A DNA stretch of 64,000 nucleotides from Nitrososphaeria archaeon (GCA_027078545.1 JALWXN010000004.1:96001-160000), one strand, 5' to 3'; shown: positions 9,772 to 23,531, numbered from the stretch's first letter. The notes: generated by a model from the sequence alone, not told the origin. Numbers and translations: made by a program.

Positions 9772-10752
9772 CTGAAGATCCTCCGAGAAGGAGGAGGGTT
9801 CGCCGAGGTCTCGATAGAGACTAAGCTCGACATCCTCTATCTTTATGCAGCGATATCCAGGGGCGCCTATCTTAGGACAAAGGTAAAGTGGCAGGAACGA
9901 TTCGAGAGTGGCCACAAAACCAAGAGGAGAGAGGCCCTCATCACAGAGGCCATATTACAGCCGATCAACATAGTCATTGACGAAAACCTCACTTCTCTCA
10001 GAGTAACCGGAAGAATCGTAGAATCGAAATACGAAGTGTTGAAGGGCAGAACAATAGGCGTAGATATCAGGCTAAATGATGAGATAGGTCTCCAGAGTGA
10101 ATACATAAACAGAAGGGTAATTAACAAGTTGGAGAGATATGAGGAGTACCTAGTCATCGTAGTCGACATAACTGGTTACATAATAGCCTTGGTAGGAGAC
10201 AGGATTGAGGTTATTGAAGAGAAGTACTACTCAACCACAGAGATCCTGGAGAGTAAGGAAGACTTCAATAGACTCGTGGATAGACTATCATCGATACTGG
10301 ATAGCAGTAGGGAAAGAGGCGTCACAGTGATATTGGGTCATAACACTGGAACTAAAAACTTAGCGAATAAGTTAGCCAGAATGGCGGACTACATAGTCGA
10401 GGGTCCATTCGAACCGAATATAGGCGGAGTAGTCAACGTACTGAAGCACCTATTAAAAAGCCGCATCCTACGCACTGGGAAATATCCCAGGCTTATGGAG
10501 GCCTATGAAAAACTCACTGACCCTAGAAATCTACACAGGATTCTTTATGGAAAGGAGGAGGTTATCAAAGCCATTAATGATAGATATGCCACCGAGGTCT
10601 ACATAACAGTAAAGACTCTGATTAATCAGAACCTTATAGAAGAGGTTGCCACAGCCCTGGAAAAGTGCGTAAAGGTCGAGATCGTGGACGACAACACATC
10701 ACTAGGTATGCTGATAAACAGGTTCGGTGGCATAGTGGCACTTAGCTACTAA
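9772..10752 (+). CDS. pelA: Divergent Pelota/eRF1-family ribosome rescue factor, probable CTG start
   Basis: Frame open from 9766; (M)KILR start, LRVTGRIV, ILYGKEEV, C-terminal FGGIVAL; GGAGGT SD 8 nt before CTG. Confidence 0.75.
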   Translation: MKILREGGGFAEVSIETKLDILYLYAAISRGAYLRTKVKWQERFESGHKTKRREALITEAILQPINIVIDENLTSLRVTGRIVESKYEVLKGRTIGVDIRLNDEIGLQSEYINRRVINKLERYEEYLVIVVDITGYIIALVGDRIEVIEEKYYSTTEILESKEDFNRLVDRLSSILDSSRERGVTVILGHNTGTKNLANKLARMADYIVEGPFEPNIGGVVNVLKHLLKSRILRTGKYPRLMEAYEKLTDPRNLHRILYGKEEVIKAINDRYATEVYITVKTLINQNLIEEVATALEKCVKVEIVDDNTSLGMLINRFGGIVALSY

Positions 10753-10768
10753 CCAGTTCCTACTCAAC

Positions 10769-11068
10769 TCAAGCAGATAGAAGTGTATTTATCATGTAGG
10801 GAAGCACGACCTCTGCGAATATCGCCAAGATGATCCCGCCATATATGTATCTCATATGTCTATAGGTTGGGGAGATGACGTATAGCATCACACCTATGGC
10901 TATAAGACTTATGTAGAGAGGCCTGGCGATGTACATCAACAACTCTAGCAGCTTCACTAGAAGGAAGACTATGAACTCCTTAACAGACTCAAAGATATCG
11001 TTAATCATCTCCTCCCAACCCGACAAGTCTACTATCTCCATGATTGTAGCCCTCATGGTATCACTCAT
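10769..11068 (-). CDS. Small hypothetical membrane protein
   Basis: 99 aa ORF with 2-3 hydrophobic helices filling an intergenic gap. Confidence 0.6.
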   Translation of the reverse strand: MSDTMRATIMEIVDLSGWEEMINDIFESVKEFIVFLLVKLLELLMYIARPLYISLIAIGVMLYVISPTYRHMRYIYGGIILAIFAEVVLPYMINTLLSA

Positions 11069-11124
11069 TCAATAGCCTTCAGGAGAACTTTTTACTTGGT
11101 GAAGAAGGGTGAAAGTATAGCGAG

Positions 11125-11813
<689 letters not shown>

Positions 11814-11963
11814 TCAATACGAAATATGTAACTACCTGACGGAATTAAATTCAGCAAAGGCTACATATTAGGCTTAATCCCGTTTCACTGGATATTATAA
11901 ATATATACTACCTCGAATCTACATACAATTTCAATCTTTACAGGAGTGTGGTGAGGGGCTGGA

Positions 11964-13001
11964 ATGAGATTCCTCAGAGGATGCAAACCTAAAGAGCTCC
12001 CACCTAGTACTGGCAAGAAAGTATCAATTGTTGGAGCTGGACCAGCTGGGTTAGGAGCGGCTGGTGACCTAGCCTGTAAAGGCCATGAGATGGTCATGTA
12101 TGACCAGATGCCGGAGGCTGGTGGACTATTAATATTTGGCATCCCAGATTTCAGAATACCTAAATCAAGGATTAGGAACGGGATACAAGAACTGATGGAT
12201 GCAGGTGTAGAGATCCATCTGAACACGAAAGTAGGTAGAGATATAGATCTTGAAGAAATCATCCAGGAATCAGACGCTACCCTGATAGCAACCGGAACCT
12301 GGAGGTCGAGGGAGCTCAATGTAGAAGGGAAGGATCTTAAGGGAATACACTCAGCCTTTGACTATATAGTTGATTATCACCTATGGAAATACGGCTACAT
12401 AGATGAGAAACCGGAGAGGGGTAAACGAGCATTAGTTGTAGGCGGAGGCTTGACAGCCATTGATATGTGTTATATAGCTAGAGAGGCGGGTTGCCAAGAG
12501 ATCTACCTATCATATAGAAGAACCCGTGAATATGCACCTGCAGGTAGAAACGAGTTTAACCAGCTGGAGAAGGAGGGAGTTACAATCCTCGAGCTGACCC
12601 AGCCATTAAGATTCGAAGGAAGTGGTAGGGTGGAGAAGGTTGTCCTAGGCAAGAATAGACTAGTGAAAACAGGTGAGGGGAGGCCTAAACCAGTACCCAT
12701 AGAAGGTGAGACAACGTCACTAGAAGTAGACATAGTATTCCTCGCTATAGGCGAGATACCTACACCGCCATTTGAGAACGGCAAATACGGCATACTCCTG
12801 AACCCAGACAACACGATCTACACTGACAACGAGTTTAGAACGACGAGGCGCGGCGTATTCGCCGCAGGCGATGTAAGAACCGGTCCCTCCCTCATAGGAC
12901 CCGCATTAGCCAGTGGGAAGAACGCTGCAAGGAGTATACACAACTACCTATTAACAAATGAGTGGCCAGAAGAGCTCCTTAGAAAACAACCAACAAAGTA
13001 G
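11964..13001 (+). CDS. FAD/NAD(P)H oxidoreductase, GltD/SudA-like
   Basis: GAGPAG, GIPDFRIPK, VVGGGLTAID, FAAGD. Confidence 0.85.
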   Translation: MRFLRGCKPKELPPSTGKKVSIVGAGPAGLGAAGDLACKGHEMVMYDQMPEAGGLLIFGIPDFRIPKSRIRNGIQELMDAGVEIHLNTKVGRDIDLEEIIQESDATLIATGTWRSRELNVEGKDLKGIHSAFDYIVDYHLWKYGYIDEKPERGKRALVVGGGLTAIDMCYIAREAGCQEIYLSYRRTREYAPAGRNEFNQLEKEGVTILELTQPLRFEGSGRVEKVVLGKNRLVKTGEGRPKPVPIEGETTSLEVDIVFLAIGEIPTPPFENGKYGILLNPDNTIYTDNEFRTTRRGVFAAGDVRTGPSLIGPALASGKNAARSIHNYLLTNEWPEELLRKQPTK

Positions 13002-13007
13002 GAGTAT

Positions 13008-13105
13008 TGGCGCCGGGAGTGGGATTCGAACCCACGCGGGGTCTCCCCCATCGGCTATCCACACAAGTTAGCAGGCCGACCCCTTAACCGCTCGGGCATC
13101 CCGGC
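13008..13105 (-). tRNA. tRNA-Ser(GCT) with 12-nt intron at 37/38 (13057-13068)
   Basis: Long variable arm, TCGGC/GCCGA anticodon stem, CCA encoded. Confidence 0.92.
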
Positions 13106-13166
13106 ACCCACAGATGCTCTAAAAATTCTCTTTTACGGCTTGTTTTAAAAATAGAGTTTGTACATA

Positions 13167-13490
13167 GGGGGCGGTGGCATCCCGCTGGTTCCGAGACGGC
13201 TGCCCATATACCCACCACGGGCACTTCCTCAGACCCCGTCACACGGAGCAGACGTGCGGCGGCTTAGGGCTGCTCCCTCCCGGGCCTAACCCGGTTCACC
13301 GCCTACCCCAAGCATCCGGCCCTCCAGCCGAACACTTGGGGGACACGCCTCCCCGTGCCGGAGCCATCATCGGATGTCCGTGATGGGTATTATGGGTAGC
13401 CGTCTCTTTACCCAGCGGTTAACGGCTCCCCGCATATAGCCGATTTCGGGAGTGGGGGACGGCTAACCCCCCGAGCCTCCCACCGCCCCC
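13167..13490 (-). ncRNA. ffs: SRP (7S) RNA
   Basis: Terminal helix GGGGGCGGTGG/CCACCGCCCCC; helix-8 motif AGGCCCGGGAGGGAGCAG; about 324 nt. Confidence 0.93.
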
Positions 13491-13547
13491 AAGAGATACT
13501 TTTCGTCCACCCGCGTATTAAGAATAATTAGAGGATTAGGTCAGGAG

Positions 13548-13622
13548 TGGTGGACCCGCCGGGATTTGAACCCGGGACCTCCCGCATGCCAAGCGGGCGT
13601 CCTACCACTAGACCACGGGCCC
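13548..13622 (-). tRNA. tRNA-Ala(GGC)
   Basis: G3:U70 acceptor pair, loop TTGGCAT, CCA. Confidence 0.95.
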
Positions 13623-13712
13623 ACGACACGAAATATTGAATTCCACACAATGGTTTATAATGATTTGACGATTCAGGGCACAATTGGCATAAGTATTAAG
13701 ACTCAGGGTTTA

Positions 13713-13801
13713 TGGGGCCGCCGGCGGGATTTGAACCCGCGACCTCCGGCTTACTGCTTGGATCCACAGGCCGGCGCTCTAACCGCTGAGCTACGGCGGC
13801 C
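13713..13801 (-). tRNA. tRNA-His(GTG) with 12-nt intron (13752-13763); G-1 encoded
   Basis: C73 discriminator, upstream G, CCGGC/GCCGG stem. Confidence 0.92.
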
Positions 13802-13805
13802 ATAG

Positions 13806-13880
13806 TGGTGGACCCGCCGGGATTTGAACCCGGGACCTCCGCCTTGCAAGGGCGGCGTCCTACCACTAGACCACGGGCCC
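13806..13880 (-). tRNA. tRNA-Ala(TGC)
   Basis: G3:U70, loop CTTGCAA, CCA. Confidence 0.95.
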
Positions 13881-13946
13881 ACACCAAAAGATGTGAATAG
13901 GGGGGCATCAATAAATTTTTGATATCCATTTATAGGCGCATAGAGC

Positions 13947-14171
13947 CTAGGAGGGAGATATAAGCACTACATTATCTCCTCTTAAGAGGATGGAGCCGAT
14001 CTCTTCATGCTCCTCTCCATCGACCCACTCTGCATCCTTTAGGAGGAGATTCAGATGACTGTCGTAACCAACCAATACTCCTCTAATAAGCTTGCCACCC
14101 TTCACCTTGACTATAACTGGCTTGTTAATACTATTTCTCAAGAGCCTTATGGTGAGGTCCTGTCCCGCCAT
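13947..14171 (-). CDS. Sm-like (Lsm/SmAP) protein
   Basis: GVLVGYDSHLNLLL (Sm1), LLRGDNVV (Sm2). Confidence 0.92.
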   Translation of the reverse strand: MAGQDLTIRLLRNSINKPVIVKVKGGKLIRGVLVGYDSHLNLLLKDAEWVDGEEHEEIGSILLRGDNVVLISPS

Positions 14172-14323
14172 CTACCTCGACACCTTCTCATACAAGGGTC
14201 TACATATCCAAACATATCCCCATATATTTATTTAGTTTGTAGCTACCAACGTGTATCCAGACATAGACACCGTGTTTCAATATATACCCCCTCCAGAGAA
14301 TACTTTTTAGTTAGGTGTCACTA

Positions 14324-14563
14324 ATGCCAGAAGCTTACGTCCTTATAACCACGGAGGTCGGTGTGGAGGAGGAAGTTAAGGAGAAGCTGCTACAGGAGCC
14401 TGAGGTAATATCAGCAGACATCGTTTTCGGCGTCTATGACATAGTGGCCAAGATAAGGGGAGACACGATTGAAGATATACGTAAAGTGGTGGTTCAGAAG
14501 ATAAGGAACAAGATCGACAAGATCACCTCTACACAGACTCTCATAGTAGTCTCAGAAAAGTAG
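14324..14563 (+). CDS. Lrp/AsnC ligand-binding (RAM-only) protein
   Basis: AYVLI, VFGVYDIVAKI, STQTLIV. Confidence 0.85.
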   Translation: MPEAYVLITTEVGVEEEVKEKLLQEPEVISADIVFGVYDIVAKIRGDTIEDIRKVVVQKIRNKIDKITSTQTLIVVSEK

Positions 14564-15966
14564 TGAGCATCTACATCTCCTTCGACGATATAGACTCACC
14601 ACGAGGAGGTTGCACCACACATTTTACCACACATATTTTTTACGAAATAGCACGTAAACTGGCTCCAAAAACCAATGACTACACACTTCCTAGGCTAATA
14701 AGACTAAATCCTGACATACCCTGGAAAACAAGGGGAAACGCAGCCACATGTATAGAAGCACCACTCACGTTCGACGAAGGCCTAGAACTCGTAGAAGAAC
14801 TGGTTTTGGACCGTCTATCATCCTATATTGAGGGGGAGGAAAGCGTAGTAGGTCATACACAGCCATGTATAATAGTTATAGACAAGGAAGAGGCCGAGAG
14901 TAACAAATCGAGGCTACTGAAGTTCTATCTAAAAGCGGTTAAGAGGGTCGTATCAATACAAGAGGCGGAAGAAATCCTGAAGCACGTGAAAAAGATAAGG
15001 ACTTACACACTTAATGGTAAGAGAGGATTAGTCGGAGCCTTGGCAGCCATAGGAGGAGCGACCTATCAGGGATACAAACCAACATATGAACTACTAGCCT
15101 ACACAGATCCAGCTTACAAGAAGCTAGCAGACGAAGACAAGCTATACAGGACTCTTGAGAATCTAGAGAGGGACGATACATTTGGACATGTAGATCGTAG
15201 GAGTGGTAGGGTATTGGTGCTTCCTAGGGGAAAAGATCCTGTTCTCGTGGGTCTTAGGGGTATAAACCCGGTCGAGCTAATAAGGATCCTCGATAACATC
15301 AGGAAGTTTCTACCGCCAATACACATGTGGATGATCTTCAAAACCAATCAGGCAACTAATATGCATTTCTACAACGTAGAGGAGCCGAATATACCTCGTA
15401 GATATGAGCAGTTTTCCAGCCCGGCCGTCACCAGATTTAGAAAAGAGACATTGGAGGGGGGACACCTCATAATAAGCACAAAACTCTACATAGGAAGCTA
15501 TGAGTACGACTCTGACTTAGCAATATACAGTGAAGCTGGAGACACAACCAAAAAGGTATCAGCAAGCTTAGACAACACGTCGGTCTACATAACCGGGAAT
15601 ATTAGGCCACTAATGGATAGGGAAACCATAAACCATGAAGCAATCTACATATACGAAGACCCTACAGTATCAACAAGACAGAATCCATTATGCCCCAGGT
15701 GCATGAGGAGAATGGAGAGTGCGGGGGAATCAAAGGGATACAGATGCAGAATATGTGGATATAGATTGATGATCGACGTAGCCCCTCATATCCATAGGGT
15801 GGTTAAATGGATTCCGGATAGGACTATACAGCCACCTAGTCATCAGAGGCACTTGACAAAGCCCCTGAAGCTATTCGGCTCACAAAAAACTTTGGAGGAA
15901 CTTGAGAAGACAGCTATTGAACTAGTCATCAGTAGGAATCTAGATCTACAGAAGAATAGTATTTAG
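14563..15966 (+). CDS. tiaS: tRNA(Ile2) agmatidine synthetase
   Basis: DDIDSPRGGCTT, LIRLNPDIPWKTRGN, TNQAT, C-terminal Zn ribbon, HLTKP. Confidence 0.93.
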   Translation: MSIYISFDDIDSPRGGCTTHFTTHIFYEIARKLAPKTNDYTLPRLIRLNPDIPWKTRGNAATCIEAPLTFDEGLELVEELVLDRLSSYIEGEESVVGHTQPCIIVIDKEEAESNKSRLLKFYLKAVKRVVSIQEAEEILKHVKKIRTYTLNGKRGLVGALAAIGGATYQGYKPTYELLAYTDPAYKKLADEDKLYRTLENLERDDTFGHVDRRSGRVLVLPRGKDPVLVGLRGINPVELIRILDNIRKFLPPIHMWMIFKTNQATNMHFYNVEEPNIPRRYEQFSSPAVTRFRKETLEGGHLIISTKLYIGSYEYDSDLAIYSEAGDTTKKVSASLDNTSVYITGNIRPLMDRETINHEAIYIYEDPTVSTRQNPLCPRCMRRMESAGESKGYRCRICGYRLMIDVAPHIHRVVKWIPDRTIQPPSHQRHLTKPLKLFGSQKTLEELEKTAIELVISRNLDLQKNSI

Positions 15967-15968
15967 AT

Positions 15969-16232
15969 GGCGAGGCGACCGTAACCCCCCTTGTGTTTCC
16001 AGACGGAATCCGTCTAAGCGGGTCCCTGACCCTTTCTCCACCGCACCACCCGGCCGTTTCAACCTCTCCTAGCCTCGTCAGACATTCTTCATCCTCATCT
16101 AACGGCTAGGAGAAGGACGTTTCTTTTCCGGGTGGCTGCCCTCACGGACAGGGTCCTCACGGACCTGCGGCATAGGTATCTAGGAGGGGGGAATTTCCTA
16201 CCCAGAATACGGGCTCCGTCCATCGCCTCGCC
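15969..16232 (-). ncRNA. rnpB: RNase P RNA (compact, about 264 nt)
   Basis: P1 GGCGAGGCGA/TCGCCTCGCC; CR-I GGAAATTCCCCCC pairing with CR-V AACACAAGGGGGGTTAC; AGAAAC and TTGAAACGGC conserved regions. Confidence 0.88.
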
Positions 16233-16285
16233 TCCGACCTCCCTGGCGGGCCGTGCACATCTAGCGTTGTAGATAGGCCAGCCTC

Positions 16286-19357
<3,072 letters not shown>

Positions 19358-19539
19358 GAGGCTGGCCTATCTACAACTCGCCTGTGCACGGCCCGCCGGG
19401 ACAGCCGGCGTGCCTACTTAGCTTCTTAGAGTCTGTGATCTCTAAGAAGCCGCATCCCGTTTTTCTATAAGATTTACCAATCGTTATACATCCATCCCCA
19501 AGTATATAAATTTTACCCGTACTTTGAGAGGAGAAGGCT

Positions 19540-19671
<132 letters not shown>

Positions 19672-19721
19672 ACGCCACATCATAATCCTAATCACTGGCA
19701 CATTTAATTAATCCTGGAGAA

Positions 19722-19815
19722 TGGCGGGCCCGGCCGGATTTGAACCGGCGACCTGCGGCTAACCCCTACGTGGTAATAGGAGGCCGCCGCCATATCCTGG
19801 CTAGGCCACGGGCCC
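19722..19815 (-). tRNA. tRNA-Arg(CCT) with 16-nt intron (19761-19776)
   Basis: GCGGC/GCCGC stem, CTCCTA, CCA. Confidence 0.92.
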
Positions 19816-19907
19816 ATCCACTAATTATTTTGAAGATCAGGAGTATCTTAAATAGATTAGCGCCCCAAAATGATTATGAAACAGGACTTGACACTGGTGC
19901 TGTATAT

Positions 19908-20129
19908 ATGAGGGAGATACCTGTTACAAAGGTTGATAAGACGGTCCGTGTCCCCCGGGAAATCTCAGAGAAGGTTAAGCAGCTAGGTTTGAAGAAGGAG
20001 ATAAAATACATGAAGAAGGAGATAATAGACTGTCCCCTTCATAAGAAGGAGATATCCCCTATATACTGCCTCGTATGTCCATACTTCGTCAGACGGGTAA
20101 AGGGGAAGATCTACTGTAAATATCCCTAA
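19908..20129 (+). CDS. Small basic Cys4 metal-binding hypothetical protein
   Basis: C-x11-CxxC-x12-C; start moved to ATG 19908 outside the tRNA. Confidence 0.7.
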   Translation: MREIPVTKVDKTVRVPREISEKVKQLGLKKEIKYMKKEIIDCPLHKKEISPIYCLVCPYFVRRVKGKIYCKYP

Positions 20130-20467
20130 TCCAATCTAGCCCATATCCTAAGCTCATTTATCCTCTCCCTCAGGTTCTTTAGATCCCTGCCTCCCAGTAT
20201 TGAGAGCTTATCGATCCTAGACCCACTTGAAAATAATATATCCAGCCTATAATTGAGAAGCTGTCTCTTCACATCCACCTTAACTATCCTGACATAGGGC
20301 AGGTAGAGATGTAGATACGGCTTCCTAAGCAGGCGCTTCCTAAAAACATATATTCCCTCCTCACCCAGGTATATATAGCCATCAAACTCCTCCCCTCCAT
20401 ACCTAATCGTAGTTAGCAGGCCATACCTACTAGACTTACCCATCAAACCACCTCTCATTATAACCAT
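20126..20467 (-). CDS. Hypothetical protein (possible PH-like fold)
   Basis: Beta-rich pattern GYIYLGEEGIYVF...PYVRIVKVDV followed by a C-terminal helix. Confidence 0.5.
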   Translation of the reverse strand: MVIMRGGLMGKSSRYGLLTTIRYGGEEFDGYIYLGEEGIYVFRKRLLRKPYLHLYLPYVRIVKVDVKRQLLNYRLDILFSSGSRIDKLSILGGRDLKNLRERINELRIWARLD

Positions 20468-20485
20468 CTTCCGAGAGGATATAGC

Positions 20486-21094
20486 GTGGTTAAGAGCTCC
20501 ATGAAACTATTCTATCATAATATGACAGTGGCAACAAGCGTCGCCATAGTAGTGGATAAGCTGTTATCCGCTTCTGGGCAGATGTACTTAGAGGGCTTCG
20601 TAGGGGGAAGCAGCGGAAATATAAGTGGGAGGATCAACAGGGATCACATCCTTATAAAGCGTAGCGGGAGAAGGCTCGGCTTCCTAAAACCCAGGGATCT
20701 AATACTAGTGCCACTCTCAGAAGAGAATCCAGAGGGAGCTTCATCTGATTATTGGATCCATAGAGAGATATATAGACTATACGGCTGGTGCAACTATGTA
20801 ATCCACGCCCATCCTAAGCAGCTAGTTAGACTCACCCTGGATACGTGTCTCGAAGAGATACCTATAGAGACTTATGAGGGTAGGGTCTACATCGGAGACT
20901 ACGTAAAGATATTCAGGGGGAGGAGAACCGACATTCCAAAGAATCTAAATATAGTTAGAGATGGCGAGTGGGGATACATAGTTGAAGCTGGACATGGAGC
21001 CTATCTATTTGGGAGAGACTTAGAATGGCTCCTAAACATGCTACATGAACTGGAATATATCGCATCGACACACTACTCACATACTAGACTCTAA
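20486..21094 (+). CDS. Class II aldolase/adducin family (FucA/MtnB-like)
   Basis: SGNIS, ASSD..IHREIY, HAHP, GHG. Confidence 0.85.
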   Translation: MVKSSMKLFYHNMTVATSVAIVVDKLLSASGQMYLEGFVGGSSGNISGRINRDHILIKRSGRRLGFLKPRDLILVPLSEENPEGASSDYWIHREIYRLYGWCNYVIHAHPKQLVRLTLDTCLEEIPIETYEGRVYIGDYVKIFRGRRTDIPKNLNIVRDGEWGYIVEAGHGAYLFGRDLEWLLNMLHELEYIASTHYSHTRL

Positions 21095-22105
21095 AATACT
21101 TGGGATAGAGGAGCTAAAGGGAGGCTTCAAAACACCCTTCTCAGTAATGATCCCATCTATGAACTCCGGAGGAGTAGCGTCGAACGCCAAGTTCAACGCA
21201 TCAACCCCTTCAGGAGCTATCCTACACCCACCACAATTAATTATCTCATCCCCACTCCTAACCTCTATCTCCACCTCATCCCTATCACTTTCAAGATCGA
21301 AGGTGGTTGTAGGCGCCGCCACATAAAACCTGGTATCCGTGAGATGACTAGCCAACGCCAATGAATAGGTTCCAATTTTATTGAAGGTAGTACCATCGCT
21401 GAGAATCCTGTCAGCCCCAACTATAACGACGTCTACGTCTCCCCTGCTAATCAAGAAAGGTGCAGCCGAATCCACTATAAGCACAGGCTTGATACCTGCG
21501 TATAGAAGCTCATAGGCCGTTAATCTAGCCCCCTGCAACTTAGGCCTAGTCTCTGTGATAAACACCTTGGATATCCTACCTTTCTTATACGCCTCTATGA
21601 TAACGCCCAGGGCAGTCCCTATCTCCACAGCAGCTAGCGACCCTGTATTACAATGTGTCAGTACGGCAGCCCCTTCAGGTATAAGCTCCGCTCCAAATGA
21701 AGCAATCCTCCTATTATTCTCAACCTCCATCTCCATAATCTGAACAGCGGCCTCAACCACAGTATCGACACTAGGATTTTTTCTAGCCCTCTCCATAACC
21801 ATGTCCATAGCATTGAAGAGGTTTACCGCCGTCGGCCTAGTAGAACCCAAGACGTTATATGCCCTCTCCAGGACCTTTATCAGACCATCCCCCTCCTGGC
21901 CCGATTTTATAGCCTCCAAAGCCAGTCCTAGAGCGGCAACCACACCTATCAACGGTGCACCTCTAACCCTCATATTCACGATTGCCTCAGCGACGTCTTC
22001 CAGCGTCTCCAGGTCCCTATAGACAAGTCTATGGGGCAACTCTGTCTGATCAACTATCCTTATATGATCCCCCCGCCACTCCACACTTCTAAGATACATC
22101 GCCAA
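21077..22105 (-). CDS. mtnA: Methylthioribose-1-phosphate isomerase (eIF-2B-like)
   Basis: MRVRGAPLIG, TRPTAVNL, THCNTGSLA, ETRPKLQGARLT, NKIGTY. Confidence 0.93.
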   Translation of the reverse strand: MAMYLRSVEWRGDHIRIVDQTELPHRLVYRDLETLEDVAEAIVNMRVRGAPLIGVVAALGLALEAIKSGQEGDGLIKVLERAYNVLGSTRPTAVNLFNAMDMVMERARKNPSVDTVVEAAVQIMEMEVENNRRIASFGAELIPEGAAVLTHCNTGSLAAVEIGTALGVIIEAYKKGRISKVFITETRPKLQGARLTAYELLYAGIKPVLIVDSAAPFLISRGDVDVVIVGADRILSDGTTFNKIGTYSLALASHLTDTRFYVAAPTTTFDLESDRDEVEIEVRSGDEIINCGGCRIAPEGVDALNLAFDATPPEFIDGIITEKGVLKPPFSSSIPSILESSM

Positions 22106-22135
22106 AGGAAAATCTACATGTTCTAAGAAATAATA

Positions 22136-22690
22136 GTGACATTATACTCTCAAGAGAGGTTGGCCGAGGTGAAGAAAAAGACTAGTAGACCAAGGGCAAT
22201 AGTGGTTGACGAGGGATCACTAATCAGAAAGGAAGATGTTACGACAAAAGTTATGAGATGGATAGCTGGGGAGAGGGAGGGATATCTAATAATCCCCAGG
22301 ATACCAACCCTATACCTTGCCCGTAGAGGAGATATCGATACATATAGTGAGGAGGGAGAGGAGTATCCCTTCGAGAAAATCCTACAGCGATATTCCGAAA
22401 CAGACCCCCTAATCCTCTCAAAACTCATCGTCTTTGAAGACCTATCTAAAAGAGGATATTACATCTCAACCGATCTTGAGGGCAACGTATTGAAGGTCAT
22501 GACAGCCGTCACAGGAAAGGAGAAATACACGTTATTTGTACTAGAGGAGGGCGGAGACTTCCCTATAGACCTCCTAATACAGAGATTGAGGACCAGTTCA
22601 ACCCCGATAATAATAGGTATAGTAGAGAGGAGAGGAGGAATTACATACTACTCCCTGGAAAACTTCCTCGGAGGAGATAGCAGTGGCTAA
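22136..22690 (+). CDS. tRNA splicing endonuclease-like subunit, probably non-catalytic
   Basis: VFEDLSKRGY and IGIVERRGGITYY EndA-like motifs; no GxKFG-Y/H catalytic signature. Confidence 0.65.
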   Translation: MTLYSQERLAEVKKKTSRPRAIVVDEGSLIRKEDVTTKVMRWIAGEREGYLIIPRIPTLYLARRGDIDTYSEEGEEYPFEKILQRYSETDPLILSKLIVFEDLSKRGYYISTDLEGNVLKVMTAVTGKEKYTLFVLEEGGDFPIDLLIQRLRTSSTPIIIGIVERRGGITYYSLENFLGGDSSG

Positions 22691-23531
22691 ACCAGTTATA
22701 GAGATGATAAGGCTCCCAAACACCATAATGATAGGATTAGCGGTGGCCATTGGATACATAATAGCATCCCCAAAGGAACTAGACCCTACTACCCTTACAC
22801 TAGGCATGATAACAGGCATGGCAATAAACGCGGCGATAATGATCATAAATGACATAGCAGATATCGAGATAGACAGAATAAATAGACCTAACCGACCACT
22901 AGTGAGGGGCGACATAACAGTAGGAGCCGCAAAGACATATGCACTGGGATTCCTCGCAATAGGGATACTCACGAGTGGCGCCACAGGCCTAACAACACTT
23001 ATAATCGCTACTGCCTTCGCCCTCCTCGGGATAATCTATAACTACTACCTTAAAGGCCTCCCATTAATAGGGAACCTAGCAGTAAGCGGTTCCGTAGCCA
23101 TTCCCTTCATATACGGAGCACTATTAACAGGAGACCCTGTACCCAACATCAATGTCGTTCTACTATCAATAGCGGCCTTCACGGTCAACACATATAGAGA
23201 AATCATAAAGGACATAGCAGATATCGAGGGTGATAAACACGTGGGACTAAAGACACTACCAATAGTGACCAGCCCTAGAACCTCCTATATAATATCTATC
23301 GTTTTCCTTGTCATAGGCATATTTACAGGACTAGTACCACTCTATATAGACACAGGACTAAACAGAACCATATACATCCCCCTCATAATCATTACGACCA
23401 TACTACTGGTCATAAGCATGATATTGGCTAGGAAGGTGTATGAGGAGGAACAACTGATAAGAGCCAAGAGGATAGCTCTCCTAGGGATGTTCATGGGTAT
23501 GATGTCCTTCCTAGTTAGCTCCCTGATCTAG
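22683..23531 (+). CDS. Digeranylgeranylglyceryl phosphate synthase (UbiA family)
   Basis: NDIADIEIDRINRPNRPL, REIIKDIADIEGD, multiple TM helices. Confidence 0.9.
   Translation: MAKPVIEMIRLPNTIMIGLAVAIGYIIASPKELDPTTLTLGMITGMAINAAIMIINDIADIEIDRINRPNRPLVRGDITVGAAKTYALGFLAIGILTSGATGLTTLIIATAFALLGIIYNYYLKGLPLIGNLAVSGSVAIPFIYGALLTGDPVPNINVVLLSIAAFTVNTYREIIKDIADIEGDKHVGLKTLPIVTSPRTSYIISIVFLVIGIFTGLVPLYIDTGLNRTIYIPLIIITTILLVISMILARKVYEEEQLIRAKRIALLGMFMGMMSFLVSSLI

Noticed and set aside
13548-13880. Near-identical 75-bp repeat as possible attL/attR
   Set aside because: Both copies are complete tRNA-Ala genes with different anticodons; no integrase
13174-13929. ORFs at 13174, 13566 and 13696
   Set aside because: They overlap SRP RNA and tRNA genes
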